64,000 nucleotides of DNA from Epiperipatus broadwayi (Eukaryota > Animalia > Onychophora): positions 5,704,001 to 5,768,000 of the forward strand of contig JAQFVV010000011.1 in the NCBI GenBank assembly GCA_028023455.1, read 5' to 3'. The position numbers and the translations under genes are program-made. Each line of letters begins with the position of its first letter. The stretch's first letter is position 1. This document shows positions 52,590-64,000 of this stretch, piece by piece. Under the pieces are notes generated by a model. That model saw only the letters and a program-made list of their open reading frames with translations. It searched no databases and was not told where the DNA came from.

Positions 52590-53650
52590 CATACCAATAG
52601 CTCAAACAAGCTCTTTATTGATAAGTGTGGTAAGAGACAATATTTAAAATCTCTATCTGGAATGTTCCTATTCCCAGACTAATTAGTTTCACTGCAGTCC
52701 ACCATAAAGTGCCTTGTGGGAAGTGCATTGAATTGGTATTTTATAATGAAATTCTTTAATCTGGGCTCCATGGCCCAAGATCTAGATTTCTCAAGCAGTG
52801 ACCTTATGGATATATCTAGTCTTCCTGGGCTTTTTGCTGGCTGGGATACATGTACTTAAATGTGTGCCAATAGGTTATCTTGTTGCTAAATATCTGACCT
52901 GTGTCCGATATAAGCCTTGCCACGTAAACCTTTATTTCCACTATCCATTTGCTTTTTATAGGTGGTGGGGTGTCGGTAAGTTCTACTGTACTGGTGATTT
53001 GAAGTCCTGTGTCTGTTTCTTTCGATGTCTTCAGTATGGTTATCACCCTTTGCATGTAAAGTACCTGAACTATGTGCAACCCAAGACCGTTTAAATCCTT
53101 AGGTTTCTGCATTTTCTGAAGACTAATGCAGACTATTTTGTTTGGTGTTTTTTCCATAGCAGCTGGGTACATGCTGTGTTAATGGTGTTCTGAAAGGTCT
53201 TGGTTGGTTTGATGATCAGAAGGTAGTGTACGATCCATGGAAAGACTAACATATAGAACAGTGTCATCTTGCCTGGGAGTGACAGGGAGATCAAGGACAA
53301 GCTGCTAATAACCTTTTTAGTCTTCTCTATGAGCATATTTTGTATCTTCCACCTCATTGCGGAGTTTGACAGTTCCACCGGGAAACCTAGCAAATTTGGG
53401 GCATCTCAGTGAATTTAGATGTTAGGTTCTTTCTTTTGTTGATCTGCCATGCTGCAGTTTTCGTAGGATTAACTTTCAGTTGGTATTTGGCGGCATATTC
53501 ATCTAGGAGTTGGTAAAGCTGGGGAAGGAACTTTGCAGATGGAAGGATGATGGTTACATCATCTACATATGAGATATGATGTATCACCTCCCCCAGTGCC
53601 GGAACATATATGCCCGGCAACTTTTCCTCTATTTCCTATTCTTTCTAGCA
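52590..53650 (-). mobile_element. L1/Tx1-clade LINE fragment (C-terminal half of RT and downstream region)
   Basis: ISYVDDVTIIL, LKVNPTKT, LLGFPV, ISLSLPGKMTL, QKPKDLNGLGL and YQFNALPTR motifs across frameshifted ORFs. Confidence 0.85.
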
Positions 53651-55685
53651 CATTTTTTTAAATTTTGTTGAATATTCTTTACAACATGCACTTGCACATT
53701 TATATGTAAATGAAACACAATTTTTATATATTTCTAATTACTAGTACTTCTGCTGATTTAAGTGACAAGTTGTTCATTTTGAATTTGTTGTAAATATTGC
53801 AATTTAGCAAAGTCTTTACTTATGACCTCAATTACAAACACTATTTTATGTGTAGTTGGATTTATAGCCATAACTAAAATGATTTTTAATTGTTTTTAAA
53901 TTGTTATAGAAATGCAATTTTTAATATTTGAAAATATGCAAAATCTAATATTTGAAGTCTAAAAAAAATAAAAACGATTATTCCCTTGCACATTGCTGGA
54001 CGTTGATCTTTGGTTTTACATCTATTGATTTGATTGACCTAACTAATTCATACCTTGTAGACCATGATAACAAATTAGTACCAAGCACAACTACCCTTTT
54101 GTTAGAAAATTTTTTTCTTGATGAGTACTTAATTAAAAAAAATAGTTTGTGTTTGTGTTTGTTGTATGTTCCTCTACACCTGCTGGAATGTCAAGCAGAA
54201 AGGTGTTCTTACCAATCTGTTTTTTAATTGGAAAAGTCCTTTACATTAATTCATAATATCTTTGAATTTATGTTTCTGCAAGTTACTAACATGAATTGTG
54301 CATATTATTACTCTATTACCAATCTTTAAAAAAAGATGACTTAGTAATTTTGCTTGGGAAATCTTTTTATTTCCCAACATTTTTTATTTTATTTTATTAA
54401 TGTTTTGAAGATACCACCTTTAAAATCAATTTTTCACATGATATAAATTAACTAAATACAAATTAATCTCAATAACAAAGTGGAGATTAAAAGAATATTA
54501 AAATAAACTGTTTAACTGTTAATTAAACCCAATTGTGCACTACATGAAAAATAATTCAATCATGCCTTTGATCCAAAGAATGCCAACTTAGTTTGCTTGG
54601 AATGAGATAACATGAAGAGAAAAGTTAAGGAGGCATAGTTTATCACTAACCACAACCGTGTCATCAATTAAAAAAACTGTATTCAACTTTAACCTACATG
54701 GAATATGTAAAATCTAATTTATGTAATTACTACAATTATTCATTGATAAATAGGGCAGCACACCTAGCCAATCAATGAGAGCTGTGATTCTGGTGGACCA
54801 CACTACACTTAACTGTTTTTAAGAAAAAATAAACTAATTCATATGAAGAAAATGCTGTGGATATTGAAAAAAAATTGATAATTCATTATAAGCATTAAAA
54901 CAATCACTTTATTTTTTTAAAGCAGTAATGAAATAGTGAGGATGTTGGAATTTCCTTAAAATATTATTGCATGAAGACTATAATAGCCAGAAATATTAAG
55001 GAACGGATGAGACTGTATAACAGCTTTTTAGTATCTGCTTCAATGAGAGAAAATAGTAAGCTTGTCTGGATAGATTATTCTGTTAAAAAATTTGCATATA
55101 GATTCATTATTATTTTCTATGATAACAAGTAGAAATAGTGCTATATATATCTGATGCTTCATTAAATAATAATGGCGTCATCACTTTGAGCTATCTAATT
55201 GGAAAATAAACAAATCCTTAGCGTATTTCTGACTTGAAAAATTTCAAAGCTTATTTAATTCAGACATGACAGGCAAACATCTAACTGGCATGCTACTAGC
55301 ACTTACGAAAAAAAAATTACTGCTATAATTTAATTAAAAACCTTTCTTCAATATGCATATAATTTTTCAAAAGTGGCATTTTTTTATTAATTGATCAATC
55401 TATTACATTTCTAAATTATAGTTGATGTATCTAGTCATATAATGGATTATTTTCATCAGCTAATTGAATTGTTAACTGTTTTTAGAAAAAAATCAGACTT
55501 TACATTTTTTAAATACATTTTACTGTTATTAATAGTACATGACACAACATTTTGAGTGATATTAGTCTCCTCTCTTCTTTGGATAAGATTAGTCAATGGT
55601 TTCCAATCATTATGCAATGTAAGTATTACTGATTGACATAACATTGAATATAATAACTTTTTACAATTGTAAAATTCATCTAATC

Positions 55686-58533
55686 TGCACTTCTTAAACT
55701 TTTTTCATTCATGACCTCTTTTTAGCATAGAGATGTTTTCACGACTTCAGATATTAAATATAAAATAGATATAGAAATAAATATTCCCATAAATAATTTA
55801 TTTCTTTGGTAAACAATATACCTAAGAAAATAAGTAGTTTTAAGATTTGTTTTAAGTGTACAAAAATTAATGAAAGGAAATCATGTTTTAATGAAACGGA
55901 TGTGCTTGTTTTTTGCTGCATAATAAATTAAATCTTGGTGAAATATTTGATACTGCGGGACATAAAGCATCTTCAATGTTTTTCAGTGTTGAATGATATT
56001 CGAATTTAATATACATTAAAGGTGAAAAAGTCATTTCACATAAATGTGTGGTGCTGAATGGCAGAAGAACATTTAATGCCATTTCAGAAGTTATGGGAAA
56101 TTCAATCCTAGCTCCGATCCAGAATTCAATCAAGGATTTTTGTAGAAAGTCACTCAATAGCTCAGAAAATTCTTCTTGGGCTTTATATGGCAGGTGATTA
56201 ATCTCATTAATGTCAATCAAAAATGGTCTTTGAATCCAAGATAACTTTTTGAAATCTAAATTTGAAATAAAGTATTTGCAAAACTTATGTTTGTAGGGTT
56301 TTTAAGTGATCTATAATAATTTTTGCAATTAAAGTTTTACAATTATTTTTTTCAATTATAAAATTGTTGATAGTCAAAAACATTTCCCATAAATCATTTT
56401 CCACTCTATTCTTCCAAATGTTGAGCTTTTTAATAAAACCTTCAATTTTATCATTCAAAGTAAAAATATTGCTATTTTTCCTTGAAGAGACAAGATAAGA
56501 TCATTTAGCTTCTCAAAAATATCAGACAAATAGCACAGCTTTGATAGCCATAAGTCAATTTGAAAAAGAGCCGCAAGATCAGATTTTTGTGTTCGGTTAA
56601 AAGTACAATAATTTCTTCTTTTAATAACAATAATCTTCTTAAACTTTGCCCTCTTGACATCCATCTTATGTCTGCATTTAATAATAAATTTTTGTACTCA
56701 GAGTCCATGTCTTTACAAAGATTTGAAAATAAATGACTAATAACGGCATGGCTTTTAATAAAGTTTATAATTTTGACAGCATCCTAAAGCACATTGTTCA
56801 ATTCTGTTGCTAATTTTTTTGCTGCAAGATCAGGCAGTGTGTAAAAGTTACATGATTATTACCAGAAGCTTTAACAAATGATTTAAAAACAATATTTTCA
56901 CCAGTCATTGCTTTTGCACCATCTGTGCATACACCAAAGCAATTTTCCATTCTAAACTTTCAGTTTTAAAAAATTTGTCTACTTTATTATATATGACTCC
57001 CCTCTTGTATGTTCTTCCAAAGAACAAGAAAATAACAATTCTTCCTCAATATTTTCTTTATAAGTGTATCTGATATATACTAATAATTGAGCTATTTTTG
57101 AAATATCAGTTGTTTTGTTCAACTGAATTGTAAATATTGGGCTTTCTTTAAATCTAGTAATAATTTTCTCAAATTGGTCACTGCTAATTTCAGAAATTCT
57201 ATTAGTGACAGTGTCATTTGACAAAGGAATTTTCCAAATTTCATCACCACATTTACTTCTGTGAAGTATTTCTACCATTTTAATAGCAACATGTAATATA
57301 AGATCTTCTTCAATGGTGTATGGCTTTTTATTTTTAGCAATCAGATATGAAAATTCATATGATGTGAGTAAATATTTTTCATTAACAGTTATAAATTTCT
57401 CAAAATATTGTTTTTCTTTATTTGAAGTTTTTAACAGTCATTCGAATATTTTTTTGGTTTATTGACATATTAAGGATGCTTGGATTCAAAATGTCTTTTT
57501 AATTTTGATGGTTTCATACTCTCCACAGACAGAACATTATTGCAAATTAAACAGAGAGGTTGTTCATTACCATTACAGTTGTTGAAAGTAAAGCCAAATT
57601 GGAGAAATGTCTCATCATATTTTCTTTTTTGCATCTCAGATGCCTTTTTCTGATTACAAGATCTTTTTTGAAGAGGCTTTGTAGCATTGCCATCTGCATC
57701 ATTACCTTTGGTACTCAAGTTCAATCATTTATCCATAGGTAAAAAATATTTTTATCCTAAAATATAAATAAAATAATAGTACTTATTATTTAGCAAGAGG
57801 GAGCCATGTTTTTGTTTAATTATACAAAGCATATTTATTCCCATATGTTCTATTTTTTAATATCACTGTATGTTTTATTTTTTAATATTTAAAAAATATC
57901 AATAAATCAATTATAAATTGACTGTTAAGTTTAAAAAATAGGAATATGTTTTTACTTGTTAATAAATAAATGACAATAAGTTTCAAATAAAACATAATTT
58001 TTTATAAATAACTAATAAGATGATAAATTTTGAATAAAAAAGTGAGAAAAAAAAGTATACAAGTATTTTTATATATAAAAAATAACATATAATATTTATT
58101 TAAATAAATACTAACCTTAGTCGAGTAAAACAGTAAAATACAATATTGTATTGTTCTTGCGATGTGAACACTTGTTGAAATGAAACTGAAACAAATAACT
58201 TGACTGGAAATGCATTATATAATCACATTGACACCAAGCTTATTCTTGCCACTGTAGCATATATTTTGATTCTGAAATAACTTATATGCTGAAATTGCAA
58301 TGCAACACCACTATTATGTTGCATTTAGTGTTATTTTTCGATATGTAAATATAATTTATAGCTCAACTTGGCCATCATTATGATTTTATAATTGCACTGT
58401 ACAGAAAATGTAATATATTAAATTAAAGATAATGAAGGGATTGTGACTAATATTTCTTTAAATTCGCATATCTGAATTAAATTTTTGCAACCCCAACTTT
58501 TCGTTTCACGACCCCACAGTTTAAGAAATGCTG
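55686..58533 (-). mobile_element. Buster-type hAT DNA transposon with decayed transposase (ZBED5/SCAND3-like)
   Basis: BED finger KRKYDETFLQFGF..PLCLIC..SMKPSKLKRHFESKH, plus IPLSNDTV, LNKTTDIS, LLLNADIRWMSRG and LLPFSTTHLCEMTFS. TIRs (ca)gca(c/t)ttcttaaac; TSD atctaatc / atctagtc. Confidence 0.92.
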
Positions 58534-61500
58534 ATCTAGTCACTCGATTCTCCCAAAAGGTTTTTGTTAATTTTTGCTAAGTTATGATTTTATTTCAAAT
58601 ATAATTCGTAAAATAGGATTGCATACCAGTTTCCCATTTTTGCAATATATTTGTTATCATTAAATCTTCTGTATGATTAAATGAATTACTTTATTCAATT
58701 GAAATCTTTTTTATCAGCAATTCTATAAATTGCAAGATGTTGCTTTTAAGATTTTTGAATAATTTTAAGAATGGACATGTTTTTGTAATTCAGCATTATT
58801 ATTTATAAAATTCTTAAAATAGTTCATAATTTATAATTTTATTTACATGTTACTTTTAGTTAAGTTAATATTTCATAAGACTAAGTAATAATTATGAAAT
58901 AATTTTCTTTTCTTTAATTTTTATCTGATGATATAAATTTATAACTTTAAAAAATAATAAAACCAAAGGCAGATTATGCTGCATAATGTCTATTTCCAAT
59001 CCAAAATTGATTTTTTTAAAATTATTAAATAGAATATCTTTAACAATATAAATATAATTATAAAATTTTATATTTAATTGTCAAATTTAGAATTGTAATG
59101 TTTGTATTCACAGTCAGCATAGCACCTGCAATATTCATTATTTATTATCTATGCAAGGCATTATTGTAATATAGACTTGATAAATTTTACAATTGTAAAA
59201 AGTTATTGTATTCAAAATTATGTGTAAGGAATTCACTTTCCATAATTATCCATTTCCAGTTTTTTTAAATAAGTTAAATTTTCTCTTTACTTGCATGATT
59301 ATTATAAGCTGAAGTACAGAATTTGAAAATATAACAAATAAAAATAAGCATCACAATATATATAATATTCATACAGCGTGAAATGGAAGAAATGAAGACT
59401 GCATTGACTTAGATATCTTTTTTTTTAAATGTTTTACATATTATATATGCCAGGAATTATCAGATTTATATAAAGTTAGATTCATATAAGTAGAATATTG
59501 CTTTGACATAATATTTATGTCCAATTCTCCACTTAAAACTAGTATTTTATTTTAACTATTTAATGCAATTATTGCGCACATTTTCAAGCCGTTTTTTTTT
59601 TTTTTTAATTTCTTTTATTTTAACTGTTTAGCTGAATATGCAGCCTTTATCAGAAATCTATTTTTAACTACTTATTTTTAATTGGGTAAAATATTTTCAT
59701 TTTATTGATCTTTTTTTTTTAATTTTATTTAATACTATCTGACAAATGACACATTATTACAACAGATTCCTAGACCATTTATTACGTAATGATAGCACAC
59801 ACGCACAGATAGTTGGTTCCTTTTTTTCTCAAAATTTTGTCATTTTTAAAAAAATTGACAATTGTTATTTGAAATACAGCAATTTTATAAATACAACTGA
59901 CTGTCTTAATCTTGATCTTAGATTATTTTTCTTGCACTTAAGGATTACATGCATGCTTCCCTATGGAAAACATTACTATTCTCTTCCTCTAGCAGAATTA
60001 ATTTATCCTATGATGGAAAAATCTGACTTTGAACTTTTATGATATGTAACAAAACTCATGGGATTTTGTGGAAATAGCTTTTAGACTTTATTCCTTCAGG
60101 CTTTTGTAAGTAGTATGGAGTTTGTGATAAAAAAAAGAAGCTAGTTTGCTAGATTGGATTTAATCATGTCATTGATCTGTCAAAGAGTAAATGCCAATTA
60201 TATCAGGATGATTGTTGAACTTGTCATTTAATCTAGTGAATTATTGAAACACTGTGAGCTATAAAAGGATTAAATCATGTATGTTTTTATTAATACTGTG
60301 ATGATGAAAATTAGAATGGTAATGAAAAATGCAAAACAGATTATGATATTATTATTGGTTAGAACGCAGTTGTTAGCAAAAAGTATGTATGTGCAGGATA
60401 TATATTTTAATGACGAAGCTTCTCTGACATTAAATTGGATTTTTAAAAAATAAACTATCCAAAGGTTTTTTTTGTGTGTTTGTGTTGTTAATCGCAAAAA
60501 ACGTATATTCTGTTTTGAGATTTATTAATTATATTTATAGTTTTTATCATTCACTCACACAAAAAGGAACATGTTTCTTTCAGAGAAATATATATATATT
60601 GTTAGTATATTATAAACTTTGGCAATATATATTTGTTTTTGTTTTTTTTGAAACATTAGGAATTGTCTTAAATAATTATACAAAATTTTAAATTGTTATT
60701 CAATTGAAAATAAAAACTAAAATCGTATATGAATATATTATTTCCGGTTTTTGTTATTTTAATTTTGAATCATTAAATTATAGTTAAACTAAATATTTAG
60801 CATTGTCAAAAGTTAATGACATAATATTCTATCAGTTTGTGTGAAGCACAATATATCAATTATTCACATTTTTTACTTCACGAAGCCAAAGAACTTTATC
60901 ATAGCTTATTCACATATTAATAGTGAATTAACATAACACACCAGAAAACTTGACCATCTTAGTTTGGTGTAGTAAAAGGGTGATAGATTGGAGCTCAAAG
61001 TCTGTTAATCATGGCACAGATTTGTTATTTTTGGTGCTTGAACTTTTTATGAACTCCTGATCAATGAACGATTACTTTTTAATCAGAATTGCTGCACACT
61101 TACAGCACAATGCTAATTTTTTTTAGTTTTATTAACAAACAATTTTCTTATAGAAATAATTATTTAAGAGTTTTTCTAAACAGATATCATTTTGTACCAA
61201 ACACCTTTTTTCTTATTTTATAGAAACCAATCCAGATTAAATATTATTAAGCATGTACATTTTTTCCAAAATCCTTATTTTTATCATAACTCCTATGAAT
61301 ATTTGTTTAACTGACAAAAGAAATTACACTGCTTCAAATCAAGATGCCAATATTTTAAGGAATTGCACATTACTACTCATTTTGTTTAATGAAATCTATA
61401 TAATTTTTTTCTACATCTAGTATATGTGCAAGAGTAATAAACTTCAATTCATGTGCTCTAAAATTTCAAATAAGCCTAATTTAAAATTTTGAAAGAATCA

Positions 61501-64000
61501 ATCAAAACAGTAAAACATATCTTTGGATTGGATTAATATTGAATTTGTAAATAGTGATGACTTTGAGGCATTTGTTTTACTACTTTTATTGTATATTTTC
61601 TTCATTCATTTTTTATTTGAAGTTTTTTTATTTGTAGGGCACATCCTGTTTTTCCCCCATATCATTGATGATTGTTGTAATTTCTAGTTTTATACACATC
61701 AACAATTCTGATTTCCATTATTTTTAAAAATTTATTCATTGACTTATTGTTTTCTTTATGTATGGTTAGAATAATAATATTCATTTGATGGTTCATAATG
61801 ATGATAATAATTAATTAGCATATTGGTAATAGAGACAGTTGCACACTTAATTGTCCTTAAACACAAAGAAAAAGTGGGAGTTCATTGAAAATTTCTCATC
61901 CTTACAATTTTTATAACTTTATTGTAAAATTCTGGAATCCAAGAAAACAAAAAATCCACAAATAATAAGAAAAATAAAACGAGCAATTTCTTTGTTCTAG
62001 AAACATCTTAGGGTAAGTTTCAATAGTAAAAAAAACCAAAGTATCAATATATTCACATAAACATTCTCACTTAAACTTGAAACATAATGCATAAGTGATG
62101 TGTTCTTTCACATAATTTATTATTGTACTATCTTGTCTTAACTATATTACTCTATTTTGTGTCAATTATTTTTGTTAATGTCTTAATGCGTTTAATTTTA
62201 AATTAAATTGTATCATAGGTATGTATATAGATGCTAAACACGAATACAATATATTGCTTGCTAATATCTATGATTTCATATACCTATATAAATGATTGTA
62301 ACCAAATGGGTGTGAATAAGAGAATATTACTATATCTAAACTTTATTGGTGAATTACAAAATTTTTCCATTCTTAATCTTTTTTTCATCATTAGTTAATT
62401 TTATATTGCAGAATCTTCAATAACTGATAATTTTTTTCTTCATAAAGAATTTCAAGTCATCATATGACTAATGAATTAATTATTTTCAGATGTTTATAAA
62501 TCCCATATATCAAAAATACTATTTCACATATTATTATTTTTATAATTAATAACTCAAACCACTCTTTACTTTATATATAAAATAAAACAAGAACTATTCT
62601 TTACTTTAGTATTATATGCTCAAGTAAATAGTGATTTAAATGCACTACATATATAAAGTCGCTAACACAGTTATATATGTATCATCACACACACACATAT
62701 ACATACAGATAAACATTTGTCATATCTTAGGTATAGACATATTACAGTGAATAGTTTAATTTAAATTAATATATTGAATTATATGGGTCTTCCACATACT
62801 ACTGTGATACATATAGTGCAATATTATTTTAACATTTCTTATGATTCTTTAATTTAACTTGAAATAATGTTAATCAAGAATCACACCAAGCGCACCTGTG
62901 TTAGTATGACATGTGATAAAAATCTAAAATTGTAAATTTAATAATATTTTTCCAAAATGTTTTTTTTCCTGTAAACAAGATCTGCTCAACTGGTACTATT
63001 GCCAGGTCTTTAGGGATTTGAAGTCGTCAAATTTGGTCACTAACATTCTGTTTAAAATCAAAACAAAGATTTAAATAAATTTAGTAATTTAAAATCTAAA
63101 TTAAAAAAAAAGATGTTAATTGATTCTCTGGCCACTGACAGAATTATCATCTGATCTTGGGATCACATAAATAGGCTGTATTTCATATTTGAAAAGATAC
63201 ATAGTTTATATTTTTCAAGAAGTTTTGCCACCAGTCTCCAAGCCAGTTAAAACTTTGACATGCTGTTTCCTTTTTGTTGATAAGATGGTGATTTCTAGGT
63301 CCATCCTACATGCCGGTACCATCATCATAGAATTGGGAAATGTTCCTTCCAGTAGCCTGCTGAAAGATATGAATAATTCAGGCTACCTACCCAGACATCC
63401 AAAGTGTTAATTCACCTGTTGTCTGATGTGCCCAAGGAACAAGCTGTGAGAAGATTGGTAATCATCCAATACCGCAGTGCTCTAAATCAACTTTTACATC
63501 TTTAAAGCTTTAAATCATTATCAAAACTAGCTTATATAATGTAAACTGAATGATCAAAAAATATTTAGCTCTTAAAATTCTGTCTAAAGTAATATAAAAT
63601 ATAAACAGTTATAAAGCTTGCCTGAAATCACCTCTGTAAATTTTAATTTTGCTTCTCTAAATTATAATAATTGTAACCAATTGTTTATCTAAATCTCTTT
63701 GTTACTGCAGTTATACCTATATGTTGTTCTAATTATTTATCTAAAATTTGACTTATATATGTTATAATATGCCAAATACTTCAAAAAAGCATGCACCTTT
63801 AAACTTAATAAATTATTTAACAGTGATATGAGTATTTATATATTCATTTTTAGTATATTTAAATAATGCTCTTTGTTTTCTAGCATGCTGTTTTATAATA
63901 ACTGATTGCTACACATTCGTTAGTATCATTGATTTAGGTGTACATTATATATTGTACCAATATTGGTTGGTACATAATAATTTGTCTAAAAATTATTAAA

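Noticed and set aside
63060-63480. Possible LINE 3' remnant on the minus strand (WYRHVG-like)
   Set aside because: A single weak motif; the plus-strand 73-aa ORF has no recognisable homology.

Overview
Very AT-rich eukaryotic DNA, probably from an invertebrate animal; the species cannot be identified from sequence alone. Only one host exon is recognisable: 104 bp at 16676-16779 (+), encoding part of a PP2A regulatory subunit B'' (PPP2R3A/B, PR72/PR70 family). The rest therefore looks like very large introns filled with transposable elements. These comprise an internally deleted Ty3/gypsy element with both LTRs, PBS, PPT and a 5-bp TSD; a 2.2-kb solo-LTR-like element plus a second truncated relative; two decayed Buster-type hAT transposons and a hAT MITE, all with 8-bp TSDs; two TA-flanked Tc1/mariner-pogo-type MITEs; and L1/Tx1-like and RTE-like LINE remnants. 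Three ~100-bp tRNA-derived SINE insertions carry TSDs. The most striking items are two ORF-less, TSD-flanked inverted-repeat insertions with Penelope-type minimal hammerhead ribozyme motifs. One has the hammerhead at the apex of a ~100-bp near-perfect hairpin (14.8-15.1 kb). The other is a 456-bp circularly permuted, retrozyme-like unit present in both orientations (42.0-43.1 kb). Most entries in the supplied ORF track are spurious or transposon debris. All identities and homologies were judged by eye or from memory, with no database searches.
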